Positions 55,432 to 64,000 of a stretch of 64,000 nucleotides of DNA are shown piece after piece. Source of the stretch: a virus. A program made the translations under genes and the position numbers. The stretch is taken from positions 1-64,000 of the IMG/VR virus record IMGVR_UViG_3300044675_001894, one strand, 5' to 3'. Numbering within the stretch: position 1 is the stretch's first letter; each line of letters starts with the position of its first letter. The notes under the pieces are model-generated. The model was given only the letters and a program-made list of their open reading frames with translations. It had not been told where the DNA came from and made no database searches.

Positions 55432-55848
55432 TTAAGGCTGAATCAACCTAAACTTAAGCATCTCTAAATCAATCTCTTTGTCACCCATCTTAGGAATCTC
55501 TTCAATATTTATTTTATTAATCTCTGCTGACTCTGCTTCCGCACACTCATTACAGCGACAACCTTGTCTGTAACGCACCCAGGTGCCATGTTGACGCATG
55601 ATGCTCGCTTTAGGATGCTCTACAGTGAGCGCTGTTCGCTCTTGTGGTGTGAGACCGCCCCACATTCCCCACTTCTCATCCACCCCATCGTCTAAACATT
55701 CTTTCCACACAGGACATTGGCGACATACTGCTTTAGAAATTATGTAGTAATTATCTGGTACGTCAGTGTCTAGCGGTGGGTACCAAAGGTCAATGGCTCG
55801 GTCTTTGCAAAGTGCGTCAACACGCCAGTCCTCTGCGAACTGTGGCAA
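55432..55848 (-). CDS. whiB: WhiB-family transcription factor with extra HGT...CRC..C motif
   Basis: W...ALC...C..CPV..EC...GMWGGLTP.ER. Confidence 0.9.
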   Translation of the reverse strand: MPQFAEDWRVDALCKDRAIDLWYPPLDTDVPDNYYIISKAVCRQCPVWKECLDDGVDEKWGMWGGLTPQERTALTVEHPKASIMRQHGTWVRYRQGCRCNECAEAESAEINKINIEEIPKMGDKEIDLEMLKFRLIQP

Positions 55849-56316
55849 TTAAAACTCTTCCGTTGGAACTTCATCGTGGATGCGCTTGTCACGAATCGGA
55901 CGAATGGTGTTTTCAATAGCGGTGTATATCGCTGTACTCATGCGTTCTACTTGCTCATTCATCTTTTCAATCTGTCCGAGAAGGGCAACAACCTCACCTG
56001 ACAGGCGTTTGTTTTCTACAGCCAATTGAAGGATATTGTCCCAGTTGTCTAGCAAAATCTCTGCCATGGACAACTCAGCCTGAGCCGAGAACTCTTCCAA
56101 TGTAGGTGTTGTTTCTTGCTTTACAATCTGTGGAATCATGCTGAGGGCGTACGACATACGCTTGCGCTCACGTTCTAGTTCCTGTGCCATCGTCCAATGG
56201 TTCGGTTCACTAGGGTTATAGATGTAGCGTGGGTCTTTTTTTGACATCCACTCATTGTAATAGTCGTGGTTGTTGTGCATCATTGAAGACCCTCTTCCTG
56301 CACTTCGCAATCCCAA
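55849..56316 (-). CDS. Hypothetical coiled-coil protein
   Basis: 155 aa; true start probably at MMHNN. Confidence 0.6.
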   Translation of the reverse strand: MGLRSAGRGSSMMHNNHDYYNEWMSKKDPRYIYNPSEPNHWTMAQELERERKRMSYALSMIPQIVKQETTPTLEEFSAQAELSMAEILLDNWDNILQLAVENKRLSGEVVALLGQIEKMNEQVERMSTAIYTAIENTIRPIRDKRIHDEVPTEEF

Positions 56317-56654
56317 CCGCAGGCTCCGTAACCAATAGCGTCAGTCCAGTGGTCACGCTTTTCAGGAGTCCACGAGAGTCGGGCGATCTTAAGAAGCATC
56401 ATCATTACAGCAACGTCATGTGGTTTGATCTGCACTTCTTGACGGCGGTCAATGATGCGCCGAAGGTAAGTGCTCCACAAGTCCCCTGTGGTGGCAAAGT
56501 CATCAATTGGATCGCCGTAATCGGCGTCTCGGACACCATTTACTAGGTGATCGGCTTCCGCCAAGATGTTGGTACGGTTGGTGGGATTACTAGTCATGGT
56601 GCACCTCGCTGTTGGGTTGCGGGAATTATAGAGGTGCGTGAGCGGTTCTGTCAA
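56280..56654 (-). CDS. DUF6378-domain protein
   Basis: IL.EA..LV.G.R..DYG.P, DVA.MM.LLKIAR, D.W.D..GY. Confidence 0.8.
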   Translation of the reverse strand: MTEPLTHLYNSRNPTARCTMTSNPTNRTNILAEADHLVNGVRDADYGDPIDDFATTGDLWSTYLRRIIDRRQEVQIKPHDVAVMMMLLKIARLSWTPEKRDHWTDAIGYGACGWDCEVQEEGLQ

Positions 56655-58087
56655 TTATCTTCGGATAGATCCAAGATATCTGAGTACATGGAATTGGTCG
56701 CATTTGGTCCCATTCCGCCACCTTCTAGCATGCGATTGGATTCTCCAGCCTTGGCTCCAAATAATCTAGATAAAACTCCGCTGGATCCTCGTGCTTCCAT
56801 CTCTAAACGGATGGTGTCACGGGTGTCTGAGATGTTCTTGAAACGGTCAATCAAGTTGAACAAGCGATCCATTTCGTTGGACAACGCTGGGTCAAGACCT
56901 TGACCTTCTAGTTCTTCAGCAAAGCGAGCGAACATCACACGACCTACTTGCATCTCTAACAGGGCACGCATCGCCGCCTGTAATTGATCCTTTGTGCGTA
57001 TCTCAATCGGCAAGTTAAATGCGCATTCTGTGTTTTCTTTAAATGAAGGACATCTACTGCTCAAATAGCAATTATTGCATTGGCGTAAAGGGTTCGCATT
57101 GTAACGAATTACGTTCACTTTTTCAGGGTCAATTTCTATTGATTCCCCTTGATTATCAACGGTTTGTGAGCCAAAGGAGGTGATCGTTTCCATACCCATT
57201 ACTGGTAGCAATACACGGTCACTCTCGTGCCGCTTGTTTGGTACGTTGATAGCAATAGATGACCCCCCTGAAACCGCTAAAGTGGGGGTATGTGGTTTAG
57301 GGTCAATAGCAATTATTGACCCATCTTCAGTACTACTGATCTCTTGCTCGTCATCGTCATTCATAGGGTCATAGCCCCCAAAAGTATGGGTCTCCCACTG
57401 GCGCCATGAAGCGATAGCGAGGGTACCGATTGCGGATACGTTGTCATCCATTACAGCATCAAAGTCAATACCGAGTCGGATGATGTCCGCTCGGTGCTTC
57501 TTTCGTGAAGACTCTTTCTGTTGTGCTGGGTATCGGCGCAAGCCGTGACCGTCCCACACCTGTGTCTCGCCGTAACGGATAGCGCTCGTCCATGATCCCA
57601 CGATTACGGTGTCCCATGGGATGCGCTCAATCAGATCGGGCTTAGATGTAATGCCGACTAACTTGGCACTCCAGCGCTGTTGTATGGACGCTATGCGCCC
57701 CACATTGCGTCCTGTGACCGCCTTGTCGCTGATCGCAGCACGACCGTACTTCTGGCACAGCCATGTCAGGCGCTCCAGATCTTGCTCGTCATTCCATAGC
57801 GGGTAGTACTTATCACCCAGCCATGTCCCGTCATACTCAGGACGCCCAATCACAATATGTATATTATCTGCGTGATCCCGTACGAACTGATCAAATCGGC
57901 TTGTGTCCTCATCGTTCTCGGATGTGTACACAATGACCTCGCCACCTCCGAAGAGCACGCTGAGGTCTAGTTCTTTCTTCTTGGGGATCGGAAAGTGGGT
58001 CAGGTTGATGGCATGACGCTCTACCCCAGCGTCAATGAGCATCTTCCGATACGTCCCCTTTTCCGCTCCGCCAAAGAAGACTTTCAT
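56651..58087 (-). CDS. Conserved-looking hypothetical protein with C-x2-C-x5-C-x8-C cluster
   Basis: 478 aa; LRQCNNCYLSSRCPSFKENTEC. Confidence 0.65.
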   Translation of the reverse strand: MKVFFGGAEKGTYRKMLIDAGVERHAINLTHFPIPKKKELDLSVLFGGGEVIVYTSENDEDTSRFDQFVRDHADNIHIVIGRPEYDGTWLGDKYYPLWNDEQDLERLTWLCQKYGRAAISDKAVTGRNVGRIASIQQRWSAKLVGITSKPDLIERIPWDTVIVGSWTSAIRYGETQVWDGHGLRRYPAQQKESSRKKHRADIIRLGIDFDAVMDDNVSAIGTLAIASWRQWETHTFGGYDPMNDDDEQEISSTEDGSIIAIDPKPHTPTLAVSGGSSIAINVPNKRHESDRVLLPVMGMETITSFGSQTVDNQGESIEIDPEKVNVIRYNANPLRQCNNCYLSSRCPSFKENTECAFNLPIEIRTKDQLQAAMRALLEMQVGRVMFARFAEELEGQGLDPALSNEMDRLFNLIDRFKNISDTRDTIRLEMEARGSSGVLSRLFGAKAGESNRMLEGGGMGPNATNSMYSDILDLSEDN

Positions 58088-58365
58088 TCGTTTGAAGGAA
58101 GTTCTTCCCAGCCAGCCTTACGCCATACTGACGGGCTGTGGTTCTGCTCTACGAGCATCGCTTCAAGATCATCTACATAAAGACGCAAGATGTGAATGCA
58201 AGGGTCATCGCCCTCGTCCCATGCGCTGTCTTCGTCCTCGGTGGATGGTAACCCGTCATGTGTTGAACACACAGGAGGACCGACCCACTTATTCTCTAAT
58301 CCCATTTTAAGCCATGAGTCAAAATCCAATTTAGACATCGCCCCAATTCCTTTCCGCTCTTGCAA
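58084..58365 (-). CDS. Hypothetical protein
   Basis: C.THDG.P...GDDPC.HI.RL. Confidence 0.65.
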   Translation of the reverse strand: MQERKGIGAMSKLDFDSWLKMGLENKWVGPPVCSTHDGLPSTEDEDSAWDEGDDPCIHILRLYVDDLEAMLVEQNHSPSVWRKAGWEELPSNE

Positions 58366-58813
58366 GAGCCTGCTTCTCGGTTTCTTCTACAATATCGCCC
58401 CACTCTTTCTTAAAGCGGGACTCAGACCATTCAGGTCTAACGGTGTGTGGCACCGTCATTAGCAGTGTAGGGATTCCGTTATGGGCTACACGGGCTATGA
58501 CATTCGGGTCAACGTCAATGTACCAGTTGATGCGTCCATAAACAGCATGCAGATTACTAATTCTTGCGACCTTGGCTTCAACAGTGTTTTCAGGAATAAA
58601 ATCAACCGTTGATGCTTTAAAGTTTTCACGCTTCAACCAACTAAGCAAACCCTCTTGGTTTTCTACACCATGAGCAAACACCACCATTCGTCCGCTGTAT
58701 GCGGGGAACAGTGTGTTCCATAGTTTCCGACCCTCAGGTGTTGGTTGTCTTGCTCCGACATCATCACTTACTGGGCTAGGTACCGAAAGGACATCTAGCG
58801 ACAGGATAATCAT
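58331..58813 (-). CDS. Degenerate HAD-like protein
   Basis: ILSLDVL, WYIDVDP, GIPTLL pattern. Confidence 0.45.
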   Translation of the reverse strand: MIILSLDVLSVPSPVSDDVGARQPTPEGRKLWNTLFPAYSGRMVVFAHGVENQEGLLSWLKRENFKASTVDFIPENTVEAKVARISNLHAVYGRINWYIDVDPNVIARVAHNGIPTLLMTVPHTVRPEWSESRFKKEWGDIVEETEKQALARAERNWGDV

Positions 58814-59277
58814 CAGTCGTAAAGACCCAACTCAATTCGTTGACGGTGCGTGTAGTACTCGGCGGCTGGGCAGTACATGCAGAGATACTGGCGTTTATCT
58901 TTAGGAACACCAACCTTGCGACCGACTGTCTTGTCGTCCGCACACCAGTCAAGACAACCTTGCTTAGGTCGGTTGTGTCGGTTAAAGCACTTGAGTGCAT
59001 CTACCTTTAACTCGTCACGAGTGTCACGGATGTAGACGTCATTCTTTTCTAGTTCACCCTTGACGGCTGTCTCGGTGTCTAGTTTCTTGGCGGTCTCTTC
59101 ATCTGTGCGGAAGATGATGGCGTTACAGTCTTGTGGGTTTGGCACCTGTGCGTTGTGGCGATCGCAGAGTTCACGCAACTCTTGGTCGTACTCTGCTGGT
59201 CCGTCATACGGCTTCATCTTGTACATAACGCCGTGTGTTTTGCATACCAAAAGACGGTGTGCTTGATCATTAGCCAT
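58813..59277 (-). CDS. Hypothetical Cys-containing protein
   Basis: RLLVC, KCF..H.RP..GC, YLC.YCP. Confidence 0.7.
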   Translation of the reverse strand: MANDQAHRLLVCKTHGVMYKMKPYDGPAEYDQELRELCDRHNAQVPNPQDCNAIIFRTDEETAKKLDTETAVKGELEKNDVYIRDTRDELKVDALKCFNRHNRPKQGCLDWCADDKTVGRKVGVPKDKRQYLCMYCPAAEYYTHRQRIELGLYD

Positions 59278-59318
59278 GTTGTGCTCCTAACTTCGGTCTA
59301 GCCGAAGCCTACTATAAA

Positions 59319-59504
59319 TTATTCCGTGTCTGTTCTGCCGTACAAAGGTTGCATAGTCAACAAGCCATCATTGCATGATTTACACAAATGGGCTGTGAGA
59401 TGTTCAGGGCTTTCCTGCTCTGTATCGCAATGAACGCAGGTGCGCTTATAGTCCTTCTTATTGACCGAAGGGTTACCTCTAAACGCCCGATAGTCGGGAC
59501 GCAT
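59319..59504 (-). CDS. Small zinc-finger protein
   Basis: CVHC...LCKSC. Confidence 0.5.
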   Translation of the reverse strand: MRPDYRAFRGNPSVNKKDYKRTCVHCDTEQESPEHLTAHLCKSCNDGLLTMQPLYGRTDTE

Positions 59505-59505
59505 G

Positions 59506-59709
59506 TTATTGGTGCAGGTGTGCTTCGGGAGCGTTAGCCAAAGGGGTGCGCTCTACTATGCCGTATTGTGCTTGGAGTTCCATAGCACGCACTGAAGCGT
59601 CAGTTGGATCAAGGTCACCACCACGGTCTGGTGTGGTGCTCTTAAACTTACCGTCCTTGGCACCAAGGCGAAGGTCGTTGTTCATTGAGCGGGTTTCGTT
59701 TACAGCCAT
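59506..59709 (-). CDS. Small hypothetical protein (leaderless)
   Basis: TAGGAT 7 nt upstream of ATG. Confidence 0.65.
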   Translation of the reverse strand: MAVNETRSMNNDLRLGAKDGKFKSTTPDRGGDLDPTDASVRAMELQAQYGIVERTPLANAPEAHLHQ

Positions 59710-59722
59710 AGTATTAATCCTA

Positions 59723-60391
59723 TCACGGTTTCTGGGTATTTAGAGATTCACGTATTTTGTTAATAGCGTCAGCGCCCATAGACCTACGTTGTGAGCGGGT
59801 CTTTGCTGGTGTTTTAGCAGGTGCAGTACGCTGTGCTTTCATCTGAGCCACTCCAGCAACAGCACTTTGTTGCAGTGGGGTCAATGGTGGGCGAGCAGGG
59901 GGAGGAGTTCCTGGTGCTGGGAACGCTTGGTTCTGCGATGGAGTTCCGAATGGTTGTACTCCTGGCGCTGGTGGTGGCATTGCTTTACTAGGCAATGCTG
60001 GTGCAGGGGACTTTTGAAAAGCGGCTTGATATTGTGCTCGGTTAGCAAGTCCTACATACTGACTATAAAAGTTCTGACCAGCCTGCTGACTCTGTTGAGC
60101 CTGTTGGGCTTGTGCTTGACGGTTCAGGTTTCGGTTAACAAGCCCTTGTCCAATTGCATTAACAGCATCGGCAGTAGCGCCTGGTTTGGTGCGGGTGTCA
60201 CGGATTTCTCCGCCACGCCACGCCTGCTGTACGCCAGCATTTGGGGCTTGGTACTTATTTTGCTGAGTGCGATTACCCTGCTTAAACTCACCCTGCATCC
60301 ATGATGGTGTGCGGTTTAAGTAACTCGCATTCATTGACTGCCAGCGAGAGGTGCTTAAGTTACCAATGTAGTCACTGTCATTGTCAGCCAT
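59723..60391 (-). CDS. Q/P/A-rich disordered protein
   Basis: Low-complexity 222 aa. Confidence 0.65.
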   Translation of the reverse strand: MADNDSDYIGNLSTSRWQSMNASYLNRTPSWMQGEFKQGNRTQQNKYQAPNAGVQQAWRGGEIRDTRTKPGATADAVNAIGQGLVNRNLNRQAQAQQAQQSQQAGQNFYSQYVGLANRAQYQAAFQKSPAPALPSKAMPPPAPGVQPFGTPSQNQAFPAPGTPPPARPPLTPLQQSAVAGVAQMKAQRTAPAKTPAKTRSQRRSMGADAINKIRESLNTQKP

Positions 60392-60393
60392 AG

Positions 60394-60711
60394 TTACATC
60401 CCCAAACTTTGCATTGAATAGCGACTAGAACCTGAGAAGTTGTCTTCCATGAATGTACCATCACGGAACATTACAGGAGCGCCAGAAACCCATGAACGAT
60501 TTGAAGCCGCATAACGGTCAATGTTCAGTACATCCATGATGCCCATTGTCTGTTTCTCAAAGCCACGGTTTTGTGGGAACACTTGCTGTGGGTAGACAGG
60601 GCGAATCTTGCGAATGGTGTCTGGATCAGATATGGCGTTCTGCAATGCCATATCAACGAGCATCTCGGTGTGAGACTGCCACGGGCGTGAAGGTGGGACT
60701 TGTTGAGCCAT
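60394..60711 (-). CDS. Hypothetical protein
   Basis: 105 aa in operon. Confidence 0.6.
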   Translation of the reverse strand: MAQQVPPSRPWQSHTEMLVDMALQNAISDPDTIRKIRPVYPQQVFPQNRGFEKQTMGIMDVLNIDRYAASNRSWVSGAPVMFRDGTFMEDNFSGSSRYSMQSLGM

Positions 60712-60714
60712 TAG

Positions 60715-61125
60715 TTAGTTGTACCAACCGTTTTTGTACTTATCTTCACGGCTTTCACGCTCAGGTAACTTAGGACGTGGCATACCGTATGGGTTTGCAT
60801 CGTCATTACCACTCTTCTTAGGCTTGTCTTTACCAGCATCACCAGTTTTAGTCTTAGGCTTCTTTGGTGGTTGTTTGCCACCTTCGCCTGCCATGGCTTT
60901 GTAAATGTTGCGTGGGGACAAGTCAGAGATACGTGCTTCTTGACCCGTGTACTCAGGGGTGTTGGGGTCATCCAAATCTGGATTTCCTGGACTACCCATA
61001 AGGGCGTTCTTAAGGCGACTAGCGCCTTTTTGCAGACCACCAGACGCAGGATGGTTGCGCATCTTGTATGCGTTCATGTCAACAATACGTGCACCGTTGC
61101 GTGATTCGTCATTACCTTTTGCCAT
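60715..61125 (-). CDS. Disordered basic protein
   Basis: 136 aa, G/P/K-rich. Confidence 0.6.
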   Translation of the reverse strand: MAKGNDESRNGARIVDMNAYKMRNHPASGGLQKGASRLKNALMGSPGNPDLDDPNTPEYTGQEARISDLSPRNIYKAMAGEGGKQPPKKPKTKTGDAGKDKPKKSGNDDANPYGMPRPKLPERESREDKYKNGWYN

Positions 61126-61127
61126 GG

Positions 61128-61619
61128 TTATTTCCAGTTCGGTGCTAGGGATTTGAGTTGAGAACGGCGTTGAAGGCTGATTTCTGTAGCCTCTTCACGC
61201 TTTTGGTCTCGTGAAATACCACGAGGACCGACCTTGCCATCATTAGTAAGACGCACAGGCTCTGCACCAGTTGGCGCAAACTTCAAACCTTGTGCTTGAT
61301 ACTGAAGAGCAGTATAAAGGTTGAACTCATCGGGCCAAATGTAATCGCCCGCATTAATCCGTTCACCTTTATGCACACCACGTGAGTACTGGCGAGCATT
61401 CATTCGGCTGAGTGAGCCGAGGATCTTGTCTTGACGGCGGTTAGCCGACATGGTGCCAAGGTATCCGTCTGGATACTGGGTGTCAGCGCCTGTCTGGTAA
61501 CCAGATAGCGCTAGGTCTTTGGCGTTGCGGAATACTGGGCTAGGACCAAAGTCGGACTGCGTGCCTACACCGTTTTGCGCCGCTGGAGTCATCCATGATG
61601 TAAAAGTGTTTTTGCTCAT
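61128..61619 (-). CDS. Hypothetical protein
   Basis: YPDGYLGT, RGVHKGERI...Y.WP. Confidence 0.7.
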   Translation of the reverse strand: MSKNTFTSWMTPAAQNGVGTQSDFGPSPVFRNAKDLALSGYQTGADTQYPDGYLGTMSANRRQDKILGSLSRMNARQYSRGVHKGERINAGDYIWPDEFNLYTALQYQAQGLKFAPTGAEPVRLTNDGKVGPRGISRDQKREEATEISLQRRSQLKSLAPNWK

Positions 61620-61783
61620 ATGCCCGTTTGACCTTGTCCGCTCGGACTGAGCAGACCACCCATTATACCTCCACCTAGAGGTGAGATTGGGCGTATTGCA
61701 TAGCGGGCACCGCCACGCTCACCAGTCATAGATGCAGGAGTCCTACCGATAGTAGGTTTGCGAGGCTTCTTCTTGGAAGCCAT
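61616..61783 (-). CDS. Small basic protein
   Basis: Manual translation MASKKKPRKPTIGRTPASMTGERGG... (55 aa), fills the gap exactly. Confidence 0.5.
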   Translation of the reverse strand: MASKKKPRKPTIGRTPASMTGERGGARYAIRPISPLGGGIMGGLLSPSGQGQTGI

Positions 61784-61785
61784 GG

Positions 61786-62412
61786 TCACATCTCGTTAGG
61801 TTTTTTGGCTTTAGGGTTAGGAATTGTTGCCTTCGGGTAAGTCTTGTTGGCAACTGAAGGTGCATCAATGCGCTTAGTGCGCTTGCTAGGTTTGTCATTA
61901 GGCAACAATGCCATGCGCCGTTCACGCTTTGCTTTACGGGTTGCGTTTAGTTTTTCTGAAGCCATTGCTTTAACAGTTGCATTGCGCTCTTCAACATACT
62001 TGTCTCTGCCAGCCATGTACTCATCATGAGTAGCAGGGGTGCCTACAGTTCTACCCAGTAAACGTGGATGGTTCTTTTCTAGTTGCTCAGGTGACGCTGT
62101 TTTACCTGTTGACTCAAGTCTTTCAACTGTTTGGGTATTTGGGTCACGCAAAGCAATACGGACGTTTCCTACATCACCAATGTGGCTTGTCTTGGTTGAA
62201 GTGTTGCGCTCAATTTTAATACGGTTAGTCCACTTGACTGGATACCCAGCATCGTCTGGACCCAATGTCCCTGCTTCACGGGCAGGAGTGTGGATCATAG
62301 GAACAACAGTTTCAGTAGGTTCTTCTGAAGACTTACCAGTGTTTGGTAGATCCCAAATCTTAAATGAAGACTCTGAACTTGCTCCAGATGCGAAGTGGTC
62401 TTTACGAGCCAT
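61786..62412 (-). CDS. Basic, largely disordered protein
   Basis: 208 aa, K/R/P-rich tail. Confidence 0.6.
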   Translation of the reverse strand: MARKDHFASGASSESSFKIWDLPNTGKSSEEPTETVVPMIHTPAREAGTLGPDDAGYPVKWTNRIKIERNTSTKTSHIGDVGNVRIALRDPNTQTVERLESTGKTASPEQLEKNHPRLLGRTVGTPATHDEYMAGRDKYVEERNATVKAMASEKLNATRKAKRERRMALLPNDKPSKRTKRIDAPSVANKTYPKATIPNPKAKKPNEM

Positions 62413-62693
62413 TAACGACCAGATACATCGTATGGTTTGGCGTAACCGTTCTTCATGCCCCAGTCTTTATCCATCTGTGATAAGCGTGCATCAACTTGCG
62501 GAGTTGTCATTGCTGGCTTACCACCTGATCCCAGTTTTCCTTGGGCATCAAGTTGCTTAGGAGAGCCAGTTGGGCGAGTTGTTACCCATGATGGTGGTTG
62601 TGGTGGAGCGCTACGCATACCACGATGTGGTTCGTTATTTGAAATACGGCTGTGGATGCTCATGGCTGTTAGTAACCTGCTTCTTTCAACCAA
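62412..62693 (-). CDS. Small disordered protein
   Basis: Start probably MSIH. Confidence 0.55.
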   Translation of the reverse strand: MVERSRLLTAMSIHSRISNNEPHRGMRSAPPQPPSWVTTRPTGSPKQLDAQGKLGSGGKPAMTTPQVDARLSQMDKDWGMKNGYAKPYDVSGR

Positions 62694-62959
62694 CTATCAT
62701 CTTCTTTAGCGGTTGCTTGAGGTTCAGCCGCTTTTGCACGGATTCCGTCACCCCACACATCTCGCTTCATGTTTCCAACCTCATCTTGTTCGTAAGCCCT
62801 GTTTTGAGGAGCCAGAGGTTTTCCGTTTTTGCCATAACCACCAGATGAAAATACGTTTTGTGCACCTGGAACGTACGCTTGACCTGGTTGGGTGAACTGT
62901 TTCTTCTTTGCTGGGTACTCAGGGTACGAACCACCACGAATCTTGCTAAAAATGCCCAT
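62669..62959 (-). CDS. Small disordered protein
   Basis: 96 aa in operon. Confidence 0.6.
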   Translation of the reverse strand: MGIFSKIRGGSYPEYPAKKKQFTQPGQAYVPGAQNVFSSGGYGKNGKPLAPQNRAYEQDEVGNMKRDVWGDGIRAKAAEPQATAKEDDSWLKEAGY

Positions 62960-62961
62960 AG

Positions 62962-63168
62962 TTAGTCTTCTACTTTCGTCAAAAAGGATTTAGAGGAATC
63001 ATAATCAGGATGCTTTTCCATACCTGCTGGCATGTCAAGGTCATCACTGTCTTGTGTTACGCCGTGAGGGTCATCCCCACGACCTGCATTGTAAGCACGA
63101 TGGTGCACCATTTTTGAACGGGCAGCGGCTGGAAGAGTGCCTCGCAATTTTGGGCTGATATCTGCCAC
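62962..63168 (-). CDS. Small hypothetical protein
   Basis: 68 aa, GTG start with GAGG RBS. Confidence 0.55.
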   Translation of the reverse strand: MADISPKLRGTLPAAARSKMVHHRAYNAGRGDDPHGVTQDSDDLDMPAGMEKHPDYDSSKSFLTKVED

Positions 63169-63170
63169 GA

Positions 63171-63461
63171 CTACCTCACAATTGGTTTGAAGGAGATAGC
63201 CGAAATGGATTCTCCGTTATCACCAATAATATCATCAAACCCAATAATGTAAGTAAGATCCACACCACGTGGGGCAACAAAGCCTCTGGCAATTGCGGCG
63301 GCTTTTGCGGCTTGGTTGACTGCGCTTGCACCAATCGCTCGCATCTTTGGCGCTTGCCCTGCGTTCACTGCACGAGCAAGAATGGATCCAACGCTCTGTG
63401 GGTTGCTGGAACCCGAGACTTTGAGGACGTCTTCAATTGGGGAATTAAGTTCTTGTGACAT
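63171..63461 (-). CDS. spoVS: SpoVS-family (Alba-like) protein
   Basis: VLKVS..SNP.SV...A......AIGA.AVNQA.KA.AIARGFVAP.G.DL. Confidence 0.9.
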   Translation of the reverse strand: MSQELNSPIEDVLKVSGSSNPQSVGSILARAVNAGQAPKMRAIGASAVNQAAKAAAIARGFVAPRGVDLTYIIGFDDIIGDNGESISAISFKPIVR

Positions 63462-63505
63462 GTTTGTACTCCTAATAGAACAATGAATTAAATTGTTCCC
63501 AAAGT

Positions 63506-63871
63506 TTAGAAGTACTCTGCCTCTTTCAAGAGTTCTATCAGGTCATCTAGCCTCATCACAGCGTACGACTCACCCAACGCTTTTTCCCCTTTACCTTTCC
63601 TCTTCACTACCAACGCAGGAACGCCGTCACCTAGACGATCCGCCTGCTCTACAGTGTCATTGAGCCAACCACTGATGTTAAATGACTTGTCGTTCTTGCA
63701 CTGGATCGCAACCTCACGTTCGGTAACACGGCGCACAATGCCATTGATGTCACCTGTGTCCATGGCTCCAGCAAGGGCTGTTCTGCGGGCATTACGAAAC
63801 CCTGCACCGATCAAGTAGTCCTTGACCAAAGTCTCAAAGGCTGTTCCTTTGGCTTTGTGTTTGTTACCCAT
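63506..63871 (-). CDS. Holliday junction resolvase (Hjc-type PD-(D/E)XK)
   Basis: KAKGTAFE, D.GDI, IQCKN, LVVKR. Confidence 0.85.
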   Translation of the reverse strand: MGNKHKAKGTAFETLVKDYLIGAGFRNARRTALAGAMDTGDINGIVRRVTEREVAIQCKNDKSFNISGWLNDTVEQADRLGDGVPALVVKRKGKGEKALGESYAVMRLDDLIELLKEAEYF

Positions 63872-64000
63872 TACTTAACTCCTTTACTTATACTTTGTGA
63901 TGACAGGGTACCCAGTCAGTGGGCACATTTCTAAGTCTGGCGATACTGGGCTGGTGTAACTGCGGACAAGCAAACGTTGAACCCAACGGTCGGTCCCGTC

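Overview
A 64-kb segment of a tailed dsDNA phage (Caudoviricetes). An actinobacterial host is inferred from two WhiB genes, the DUF2786/TIGR04338 pair and many leaderless genes. Minus strand 1-41 kb: head genes (capsid, scaffold, portal, terminase), a proteasome/HslV-like Ntn protease, lysis genes, three 2OG-Fe(II) oxygenases, a ~15-kb modular array of Gly-rich fibre and adaptor genes, and a block of small enzymes (ParB-like, GNAT, ART-like) that share a (L/F)-(S/N/H)-x1-2-Q-(F/L) peptide. A ~1-kb non-coding divergence region (41.0-42.0 kb) holds DnaA boxes, a LexA-like box and three CRP-type sites. Plus strand 42-53.4 kb: a probable early/host-takeover operon. Almost every intergenic gap there holds a structured RNA element: 8 copies of an overlapping three-hairpin element and 2 copies of a tRNA-like three-way junction. 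Each is followed by a covarying hairpin that buries the Shine-Dalgarno (core CTGAGGAGG). This RNA punctuation system is the most striking candidate for an undescribed mechanism. Minus strand 53.4-64 kb: glycosyltransferase, transglycosylase, WhiB, disordered proteins, SpoVS and a Holliday junction resolvase. All family assignments come from motif recognition by eye; no searches or folding programs were run.
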